Part shown: positions 8,045 through 15,583 of the stretch, piece after piece
Position numbering within the stretch: the first letter of the stretch is position 1
Layout: every line of letters begins with the position of its first letter
DNA from: an uncultured bacterium
GTDB lineage: Bacteria > JAJVIF01 > JAPKYR01
Assembly: GCA_965369865.1 (NCBI GenBank)
Contig: CBDURU010000075.1
Coordinates: forward strand, 1 to 18,078
Reading direction: 5' to 3'
Length of the DNA: 18,078 nucleotides
Program-made: the position numbers and the translations under genes
Notes under the pieces: model-generated
What the model saw: the letters and a program-made list of their open reading frames with translations, nothing else
What the model was told of the DNA's origin: nothing
Database searches by the model: none

Positions 8045-9715
8045 ATGCGCAGAATTATTATTTTAGCAGTACTTGCAATGGCAATGCTGCTTAACGCCCT
8101 TCCGGCGTTCGCGGGTCCGTTTACGGACGTGCCGACCGACCACTGGGCGTACGACGCTATCGACAAGCTCCAGGCTGAGGGCTTTGTCGAAGGTTATCCC
8201 GACGGGACCTTCCGTGGGAATCGCTCATTTACTCGTTACGAGATGGCCATGGTCGTTGCCAGGATCTGGGATCGTTTGGTCTTTGAACTGGAATCGATCG
8301 GAGACCTCGAAGGGGACTGGGCCACTCAGGCCGATCTAGAAGATGTCATTGACATGCTCGAAGATCTCCGCGACGAGTTCTACGATGAGCTTGACATGAT
8401 CGACCGACGCCTTACCGATATCGAAGATTGGCGAGGCGATGTTGACGGACGACTCAGAAATCTCGAAGACGCACTCAGCCAGGTCCAGATTTCCGGTGTT
8501 CTTCGAACCCGGATCGAGGACATAATCACCAATGAATATGCCGGAGGCGCCGGATTCGGCGGTGGTTTCTTCAGGGGCACACCTGGTGCCAATCCCGGAG
8601 AGATGTTTGAAGTCGAGGGACAAGTATGGCTTGCACTTGATGCGATGCCTTCAGACTACCTCGATGTTCACATCAGTTTTCTGCAGGTACTCAGCTATCT
8701 TGATGCAGTTGGTATGATGCCACTGTTTCTTGATGAAGCCTGGGCACGTGCAGACATGATGAAACTCATGGGATGGGAACCATCAGAGCTCTTTAACCGA
8801 TTCAACCTTGTTGTCGGTCGCCAGTACGCTCGCTTCGGCGAGTTCGGAATGGCGTTTGACAACGGTTGGGAAACCCACCCCGGTGTCCTCATCGATCTCG
8901 GTGGAGACAATTTGGAGCTTGCCGCTTTCCTCGCTAGAAGTCACCGTACAGGCTTGCTGGCTTCCTACAATCCTGTAACTGATACCTATATCTACACAAA
9001 TCAGGATGGCCAGGAAGGGCTTGGTATCGCCCGTGTAAGCTATGGATTCGGTGAGAGCCGTTCTATTGTCGAGCCCGGCAATGAGTTCGCCCGAATCGGT
9101 TTCAATTACCTGGCAACAGGTGTTGGAAACGAGCAGGGTATGGGTCTCGACGTCAACACCGAACTGCTTGGCTCGGTATATCTCAACCGTCTTCGTGTTG
9201 AGTATTTCCAGATGAGCCAGGATCAGGTGGGCTATAACGTCTCTGACGAGTATGGCGACGATTTCGAAGGCAGCTTGATTGCCTGGGTTGATTTGTACAA
9301 TAACGGCAACACCCGCGTTTCCGCGGCTTATGCCGATGTCGGGCTTACACCCGGTTTCTCTTCGATCGACAATAACCCGTTCGAAGAGTATGACATGTCA
9401 ACCTTTGTAACAACTCCTTCGGGCCGTATTGGTGATAACACCTTCTACGGTTACGAATCCGGTCTGAACCCGTTCCCCAACAACTTCGTTGGTGTCGGTG
9501 TCCAGATCGACCACACATGGTGGGATGTTCTTAACACAGTTCTCACCTTCTATGACGGGACCAATCAGGCAGAGCAGGATCTCCCAGTTGTGATCCGGCT
9601 TAATGTCCGCTACCCGCTTTCGGATGCTTCGGATATTGCCCTCGAGTACATCCACAGCGGTATTGACAACCTCACGCTCGCCAAGTTGCGGGGTGAATTC
9701 CTGGTGCGGTTCTAA
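8045..9715 (+). CDS. SLH-domain outer-membrane beta-barrel protein (OmpM/SomA/SlpA-like)
   Basis: SD AAGGAGG and signal peptide ending AFA. Single SLH domain (FTDVPTDHWAYDAIDKL...EGYPDGTFRGNRSFTRYEMA), acidic coiled coil, alternating beta-strands and a C-terminal Phe (GEFLVRF). Confidence 0.85.
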   Translation: MRRIIILAVLAMAMLLNALPAFAGPFTDVPTDHWAYDAIDKLQAEGFVEGYPDGTFRGNRSFTRYEMAMVVARIWDRLVFELESIGDLEGDWATQADLEDVIDMLEDLRDEFYDELDMIDRRLTDIEDWRGDVDGRLRNLEDALSQVQISGVLRTRIEDIITNEYAGGAGFGGGFFRGTPGANPGEMFEVEGQVWLALDAMPSDYLDVHISFLQVLSYLDAVGMMPLFLDEAWARADMMKLMGWEPSELFNRFNLVVGRQYARFGEFGMAFDNGWETHPGVLIDLGGDNLELAAFLARSHRTGLLASYNPVTDTYIYTNQDGQEGLGIARVSYGFGESRSIVEPGNEFARIGFNYLATGVGNEQGMGLDVNTELLGSVYLNRLRVEYFQMSQDQVGYNVSDEYGDDFEGSLIAWVDLYNNGNTRVSAAYADVGLTPGFSSIDNNPFEEYDMSTFVTTPSGRIGDNTFYGYESGLNPFPNNFVGVGVQIDHTWWDVLNTVLTFYDGTNQAEQDLPVVIRLNVRYPLSDASDIALEYIHSGIDNLTLAKLRGEFLVRF

Positions 9716-9755
9716 CCAACCCAAATTAGCCAATAATCTTGGATCGAATAATTCT

Positions 9756-9789
9756 ACCGGCCCTCATGAAAATGGGGGTCGGTTTTTTT
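9756..9789 (+). terminator. Intrinsic terminator of the OmpM-like gene
   Basis: ACCGGCCCTCAT-GAAA-ATGGGGGTCGGT stem-loop followed by a T-run. Confidence 0.85.
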
Positions 9790-9995
9790 GTATTCAACAG
9801 AGCCACGACCGTCAGGGAGTGCACATCGAGATGGATGTATTTAACAGAGCCACGACCGTCAGGGAGTGCACATCGAGATGCATGTATTCAACAGAGCCAC
9901 GACCGTAAGGGAGTGCACATCGAGATGCATGTATTTAACATTGTAGCAGTGCACTCCCTGACGGTCGTGGCTCTGTTACGGTCGTGGTTCTGTTA
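9789..9995. repeat. REP/BIME-like cluster: three direct 47-bp units plus one inverted copy
   Basis: TGTATT(C/T)AACAGAGCCACGACCGT(C/A)AGGGAGTGCACATCGAGATG(G/C)A at 9789, 9836 and 9883. Inverted core at 9949-9978 and an extra 17-bp partial copy at 9979-9995. Lies between convergent genes. Confidence 0.85.
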
Positions 9996-10001
9996 CAGTA
10001 G

Positions 10002-10865
10002 TTACACTTCCTCGACAATCCGATGCTCGATCGCCTTGAACCGCCAGTAAGCAAATGCCAGGAATGCCGTGGAGACTACGAACATTATTAATACCACGTA
10101 CGGCACGATCAATTCCCACCCTCCAAGCATTGAGTATCTTGTGTAAGGGATGATCCAAGCGAGCGGGTTGGAAAAATATAATTTCGATAATAACTGGTTA
10201 CGTGCGATCTCAAATTGTCCCAGGTCCTCATAAGTTCCGAGCAATTTCTGCCTGACAAGCGTCACGGAATAAATTATAGGCGACCCGAAAAACAGGATTG
10301 TCAGGAAACTGTTCAGAATCTGTTCGGCGTCGCGGAAGAAAACATCGATAACACTGATCAACAGCGAGCATCCGAGTGTGAACGCGAACAGGATCCAGAG
10401 CATCACCGGGAACCACACGATCGAAATATTCGGCTGATAACCGGTAAACAGAAGTATTATGAAAAATATCCCGATCCCGAACAGGAAGTTGACGAATTCA
10501 GACAGCACTGTCGCGATCGGCAGTACCTCGCGCGGGAAGTACACTTTTTTGATCAGTGAATCGTTCAGGATGAAAGTCGGGGCCGATTTTGCGACTGCCC
10601 CCTGGAACGCCATCCACGGCCACATGCTCGAGATCAGGAAAATCCCGTAATTCAATTCCTTGCCGGACAGTGTTGGGATGTCACGCTTCATATCCGGCGC
10701 GAGCTTGGTGAAGATGATCCAGTAGAGTCCCATGAGTATGAGCGGGTTAAGGAAACTCCACAGGAACCCGAGAGCGGAGCCCTTGTACTTGACCTTCAGG
10801 TCGCGCACGACAAGGTTCCAGATCATGTCGCGGTACTTATAGAGATTTTTAAACTGCTCAATCAT
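10002..10865 (-). CDS. ABC-2 polysaccharide export permease (Wzm/RfbA-like)
   Basis: RDLKVKYKGSALGFLWSFLNPL, LIKKVYFPREVLP, FFRDAEQI, SPIIYS and NPLAWII; about 6 TM segments. Confidence 0.88.
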   Translation of the reverse strand: MIEQFKNLYKYRDMIWNLVVRDLKVKYKGSALGFLWSFLNPLILMGLYWIIFTKLAPDMKRDIPTLSGKELNYGIFLISSMWPWMAFQGAVAKSAPTFILNDSLIKKVYFPREVLPIATVLSEFVNFLFGIGIFFIILLFTGYQPNISIVWFPVMLWILFAFTLGCSLLISVIDVFFRDAEQILNSFLTILFFGSPIIYSVTLVRQKLLGTYEDLGQFEIARNQLLSKLYFSNPLAWIIPYTRYSMLGGWELIVPYVVLIMFVVSTAFLAFAYWRFKAIEHRIVEEV

Positions 10866-10960
10866 TTGGAGATATTGTGTGTGTATATTCTACAGAAAGG
10901 GGAAGAGATAGTCATCCTTTGTGAATAAAAATATCTGCAATGCATTTAAAGTCTGAGGTT

Positions 10961-10995
10961 AAAAAAAACATCTCCCCGGTTTGATGAGGAGATGT
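10961..10995 (-). terminator. Intrinsic terminator after the LRR lipoprotein gene
   Basis: Stem ACATCTCC/GGAGATGT followed by a T-run on the minus strand. Confidence 0.7.
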
Positions 10996-11048
10996 CCAGT
11001 TTATTGATTTTTAATTATGCTTTGGCTTGATAGCCGATATTGCTCGTA

Positions 11049-12335
11049 TTAAAAATATACAGTCACACCATAAGTGTTTATCAGTGTTGGGATATCGTTG
11101 TTAAGGGCATCAGGACCGAGTGGGTTATATTGAATATACACTTTATCCCCACTGCCCAGACCACCAGCAGCAGCATTAAGAACAAGAGCATCAATAACAA
11201 CAATATAATTATCGTTCAGAATTAAAATTGTCAGGTTAACAAGGCCATCGAGTGGTGATATATCAACAATATTGTTATCACCCAGATATAAAGTTGTCAG
11301 GTTAACAAGGCCGGCGAGTGGTGACATATCAACAATTTCATTTTCGCCCAGATCCAAAGTTTTCAGGTTAACAAGGCCATCGAGTGGTGATATATCTATT
11401 ATTGAATTATTGTAGAGAAGGAGTTGTTCCAGGTCAGTGCAATACTGTATTCCCTCAATGTCGGAGATGGACTGGAATTCAGCGCAAAGGATTGTCTGAC
11501 CACACACCTCTGACTGGTGAATATCGGGACCCGGCAAACCCCAGTCTGCGATAATTGCCGCGATGAGATTCGCGTCGGGGAAGTTGATAACGGGATCTGA
11601 ATAATGAACCGTTACTCCATTACCTATGAGAGTATTGATGTGAGTTGTAAGGGATTCGCAGTTTAATGGGTTATTCTCAAGCCACACTGTATCTCCACTG
11701 CCCAGACCACCTGCAGCAGCATTAAGAACAAGAGCATCAATAACAACAATATAATTATCGTTCAGATTTAAAAATGTCAGGTTAACAAGGCCATCGAGTG
11801 ATGATATATCAACAATATTATTATCGCGCAGATGTAATTTTGTCAGGTTAACAAGGCCATCGAGTGGTGAAATATCAACAATATTGTTATCACCCAGATA
11901 TAAAGTTGTCAGGTTAACAAGGCCATCGAGTGGTGATATATCAACAATATTATTATCGAGCAGATATAAAGTAGCCAGGTTAACAAGGCCATCGAGTGGT
12001 GATATATCAACAATATTATTACTGCTCAGCTCTAAATATGTCAGGTTAACCAGGCCGGCAAGTGGTGATATATCAACAATATTATTATCGCTCAGATCTA
12101 ATATTGTCAGGTTAACCAGGCCGGCGAGTGGTGATATATCAATTATTGTATTAGAAAGCAGCCAGAGCTCTTCCAGGTCAGTGCAATACTGTATTCCCTC
12201 AATGTCAGAGATTGAACTACTTTCAGCGTCAAGGATTGTCAGACCAATCAGATCTGAAAGGTAAATATCGCCGGTTGGTTTACTGATGGCGTCGCGGACC
12301 GCCAGTTCAAGTCCGGGATCCGGGAAGGTAACAAC
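11049..12335 (-). repeat. 66-bp intragenic LRR tandem repeats in two duplicated capped modules
   Basis: CAGGTTAAC(A/C)AGGCC(ATC/GGC)(G/A)AGTG recurs every 66 nt. The C-cap blocks at ~11149-11221 and ~11695-11767 are nearly identical. Confidence 0.9.
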
Positions 12336-13511
12336 AGTATCCGAAGCAACCTCAATTGTATAAATCTGGTATGCCGTCAGGTCCAGCCAGGGTTTTCCTA
12401 TAGGATCGTTTTCGTTGTCAACAACCTTGATAAGGATTTTGTACTGACCGGCAGCGGCAAGATTTTCATTTGTCAGGCTCACCTCATACCGGGAGTAATC
12501 AATCCCATCCTCAACCCAGGTCGCGGTTTTGGCACCGTTGAATAATTCAGGGCACTCAATCACCGGCTCTCCATGGGTTGCCTTACCCTGCCAGTCATAT
12601 ACATCTATTTTCAGGATTGCGGAGCCGTCCTGATCGGTCAGACCGGGCCCGGTTTCTGCAATCTCGATTTTCCATGGTTCCTCGCAATTGGCTTCCGGGG
12701 GGAAATCCGTCATGGGATCGGTTACCGGGTCGGCTGTAGGCATGGCCCAGCAAGCGTCTACCGCGTAACCGAGTGCGAACGGATTGGGACCGAACATCAG
12801 CTCGATGGTTTGCGTGATTGTATCGCCGTCATAAAGGGCGTTTCGAGTGTTTGCAGAATCGTTGGTGATGTAACGCCTGTAACCGTTCAGATCGGCACTA
12901 GGCAGCGCGGGGGTGGCAATTTTCCCCTGGAAATATCCAAAGAAATCATTGGGCGCAACACCTATTGTTGATGCGTTGTACAGGGCCGTATAGCCGTCGG
13001 GATCAACGAACTCGGTATCTCCCATCGAAAAATCAGAGCAGGTAAGCCCGGATGTCGGGAAATTATAACTGCCGTTGAACATGATAATCACACGTGCATC
13101 GAACGCCGTAAAAACAGGCTCCGCCAGCGGGTGCGTTATTTCGATATCAATCGTGAAATGTCCCGGGCCAAGATTTGTTATCCCGGTTATTTTAAAGCAA
13201 TCGGTGCACGGTCCGACCTCCATGAACTTCAGTATGTTGAGGTGTATTGGCGCGGTCCGGACCGGTATAACCTCATAGGTGACGTCGTCCGGGTTAGTCG
13301 GGTCGATGTAGATCATTTGGAAATGCCACAGGAAACGGTTGTTCTCGACTCCTGATACCGTGCGGTTTTCGGATGTCAAGTCAATCGAAGGCTGTGTTTC
13401 ATCCGGCAGAACCGTGTTTGTATGATTTCCTCCTGATGAACATCCGAGCAAAAAGATGACGCCGATCACCAGCAGGGGAATTAATCGATTGCATAGGTAT
13501 ACATGCATCAT
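11049..13511 (-). CDS. Lipoprotein: shared N-terminal module plus two internalin-like LRR solenoids
   Basis: Start reassigned to ATG 13511 (SD AGGTG upstream; signal peptide MMHVYLCNRLIPLLVIGVIFLLGC with lipobox LLGC). 22-aa repeats LxxLxLxxNNIVDISPLxGLVN with FPD-type N-caps. N-terminal module paralogous to 337-2850. Confidence 0.85.
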   Translation of the reverse strand: MMHVYLCNRLIPLLVIGVIFLLGCSSGGNHTNTVLPDETQPSIDLTSENRTVSGVENNRFLWHFQMIYIDPTNPDDVTYEVIPVRTAPIHLNILKFMEVGPCTDCFKITGITNLGPGHFTIDIEITHPLAEPVFTAFDARVIIMFNGSYNFPTSGLTCSDFSMGDTEFVDPDGYTALYNASTIGVAPNDFFGYFQGKIATPALPSADLNGYRRYITNDSANTRNALYDGDTITQTIELMFGPNPFALGYAVDACWAMPTADPVTDPMTDFPPEANCEEPWKIEIAETGPGLTDQDGSAILKIDVYDWQGKATHGEPVIECPELFNGAKTATWVEDGIDYSRYEVSLTNENLAAAGQYKILIKVVDNENDPIGKPWLDLTAYQIYTIEVASDTVVTFPDPGLELAVRDAISKPTGDIYLSDLIGLTILDAESSSISDIEGIQYCTDLEELWLLSNTIIDISPLAGLVNLTILDLSDNNIVDISPLAGLVNLTYLELSSNNIVDISPLDGLVNLATLYLLDNNIVDISPLDGLVNLTTLYLGDNNIVDISPLDGLVNLTKLHLRDNNIVDISSLDGLVNLTFLNLNDNYIVVIDALVLNAAAGGLGSGDTVWLENNPLNCESLTTHINTLIGNGVTVHYSDPVINFPDANLIAAIIADWGLPGPDIHQSEVCGQTILCAEFQSISDIEGIQYCTDLEQLLLYNNSIIDISPLDGLVNLKTLDLGENEIVDMSPLAGLVNLTTLYLGDNNIVDISPLDGLVNLTILILNDNYIVVIDALVLNAAAGGLGSGDKVYIQYNPLGPDALNNDIPTLINTYGVTVYF

Positions 13512-13755
13512 TAAGCACCTGTCTTTTATTAAATTTGTTTTAATAAAATAAAACAGAATAGTCATACCTGCATCCTCCAGAACTGCCTCTGCCAGTATGG
13601 TATCAAGAATAATTGTAGGTGTCAACGTATGGATTGCTGCGCTTATAATTATTAAGGTATCCAACAATACCTTTATAATATAATTCCGAAGTAAATTAAA
13701 AAGCGAAGAAAGGAGAAACCTCCGCAGCATGAAGGACTGTTTGTTAAAAAGATTA

Positions 13756-14853
13756 TTAAACTGCTTCCGATCTCAGGTCGACCGGAATTTCGAAACATGC
13801 CTGACCAATAGCATTGATTTTGAGAGTCCCGTCCAGGTTAACCGTAACGTTAATTGATTCCGCTGAAAATGTACCCGCCGGGTTGGTGATGGTTACAAGG
13901 AATGAATACTCAGGATCGACGGGCAGGGGAAATCCTGGCGGATAACCGGTGAACTCGAGATTCATTCCACCCTCGGGAGGGTACTCAAGGTATAAGTACG
14001 CGGCATTAACATGAGTATCCTCGCCGACACGAAGCTCCACCCCGTCAGGACCTTCAAGTGTGTCGGGATCGAATGTGATGTGTGCTCTCGGCATACTGAG
14101 AGTGTTCTGATCGGTCCTGACGATTGTCGGGTCAGGGCAGTCGAGACTCACCGCCTGGTGATCGATCAGAATGAACTGTGTCCTGACAGTTTCGACAGTA
14201 ATATTGGTAAAATCAAACACGAGCGACGCGAATATATTTCCTACCGATCCTCCATTCTCCTCAGCCGTCGTTGTTTCGGTCAGGCGAAGGGTCGCGACAG
14301 TCTGGATATCTGTGTCTACAATTGTCTGAGGGACATTATTTTCCAAATTTTCTTTGAGCACCAGAGAATCCGTAATTAACTCTCCATCCGCAAATATTAC
14401 ATGTATGTCAGTGGAATGGGTGGTAACTGACAGTGCTGTGATAATAAAATCGGTGGGTTCGCCGGAAACTGAAATTGATGTTATATCAATGTCGATACTT
14501 CCCGGTGCGGTCAGAGTTAAAGCCGGACCTGTCAGGTTTATATCTCCCCGTGCATGTGCATAACGGGGAATCAGGTTATCATTCTCATTCAGTTCACCGC
14601 TGAATTCTACCGCTTCGGCTTCCAGCACCCACAGATCGCCACCCAGCTCAAATGTCAGCAGCACGTTACCGGTAGCCCGGAAAGTAGCATTATGCTGATC
14701 ATCCACATCGAATGTAACTTCATCTCCATCGATTGAATAATGCCGTGGGGAGCTTTCCGGGATATTTTCCTGCGATTTAACGGGAAGCGGAGAAACAGAA
14801 CCGATGATGCACAGGAGGCCGACTGCGAGCAAGAATTTTATACAGGATTTCAT
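13756..14853 (-). CDS. Exported beta-rich protein, possibly an LptA/LptD_N (OstA)-like beta-jellyroll
   Basis: Signal peptide MKSCIKFLLAVGLLCIIGSV. Segments SIDGDEVTFD...FRATGNVLLT...LEAEAVEF...AHARGDINLT resemble OstA repeats. Start is 14853 or 14871. The family assignment is tentative. Confidence 0.55.
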   Translation of the reverse strand: MKSCIKFLLAVGLLCIIGSVSPLPVKSQENIPESSPRHYSIDGDEVTFDVDDQHNATFRATGNVLLTFELGGDLWVLEAEAVEFSGELNENDNLIPRYAHARGDINLTGPALTLTAPGSIDIDITSISVSGEPTDFIITALSVTTHSTDIHVIFADGELITDSLVLKENLENNVPQTIVDTDIQTVATLRLTETTTAEENGGSVGNIFASLVFDFTNITVETVRTQFILIDHQAVSLDCPDPTIVRTDQNTLSMPRAHITFDPDTLEGPDGVELRVGEDTHVNAAYLYLEYPPEGGMNLEFTGYPPGFPLPVDPEYSFLVTITNPAGTFSAESINVTVNLDGTLKINAIGQACFEIPVDLRSEAV

Positions 14854-15013
14854 TTTAGACCTTAACATCATCCCGGTACTCTTGTCAGACCAATCCTGAA
14901 AAATAAAAATTGATTGGACATATTTAGAAATTAGGGCTGCTTTTCGACGGGCGAAAAGAGGTGTCCCCGATCTCGCATTTTAGACCTTAACATCATCCCG
15001 TTATTCTTGTCAG
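14851..15013. repeat. 38-bp direct repeat (14851-14888 and 14976-15013, 36/38 identical)
   Basis: CATTTTAGACCTTAACATCATCCCG(G/T)TA(C/T)TCTTGTCAG occurs twice, separated by 87 nt. Confidence 0.9.
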
Positions 15014-15028
15014 TTCGTCGCGCATTAT

Positions 15029-15535
15029 CTAATTCTTACGGTCTCTTCCGGTTCGGAAAATAAATTTTTCATCCATCTCGAAATACTCGGTAGCCGCGTT
15101 AACAAGCTCCTGCGCTGTGTTGGACCTGAATGAGTAAACCTCCACCCTGACTCCACGCGCCTGCAGGTGTTCCACAAGCGGCACATAATCTCCATCTCCG
15201 GAGACGAGGATTACGCAGTCAACTTTATCGACCAGGCTGATAGCGTCGATAGCCAGACCCATGTCCCAGTCACCCTTGGCAGTACCGTCCGTGCGGATCT
15301 TGAGATCTTTCATCCGCACCTCGAATCCAAGCTCGTACAACAACTTGATGAATTTGTTCTGGTCGATTTCGGGAGTTTTCACCGCGTAAGCCAATGCGCG
15401 CACTATCTTCCTCCTGCGCGAAGTGGTTTCCAGCAGGTGATCGTAATTTATTTTTCCACCGAATAAATGTTTCGCGGAATAAAACATGTTCTGTACATCA
15501 ACGAAAATCGCACATCTTTGTTCAAATTCAGCCAT
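15029..15535 (-). CDS. NYN-domain (LabA/DUF88, PIN-like) protein
   Basis: AIFVDVQNMF, KGDWDMGLAIDA and LVSGDGDYVPLV: the conserved acidic motifs of NYN. Confidence 0.88.
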   Translation of the reverse strand: MAEFEQRCAIFVDVQNMFYSAKHLFGGKINYDHLLETTSRRRKIVRALAYAVKTPEIDQNKFIKLLYELGFEVRMKDLKIRTDGTAKGDWDMGLAIDAISLVDKVDCVILVSGDGDYVPLVEHLQARGVRVEVYSFRSNTAQELVNAATEYFEMDEKFIFRTGRDRKN

Positions 15536-15583
15536 TTCAATTCATCCTTTTAAATATTAGCATTAATTAGCAATATTTGGCAG

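Noticed and set aside
9789..9940. CRISPR array
   Set aside because: Units are identical end to end with no unique spacers, an inverted copy is present, and there are no cas genes.
11049..12335. Diversity-generating retroelement TR/VR pair
   Set aside because: No reverse transcriptase in the window, both copies are in-frame coding, and A-rich Asn codons are conserved rather than mutated.
13512..13730. 73-codon N-terminal extension of the LRR ORF in the ORF track
   Set aside because: AT-rich, intergenic-like sequence. The signal peptide, lipobox and SD fit ATG 13511, matching the paralog's architecture.
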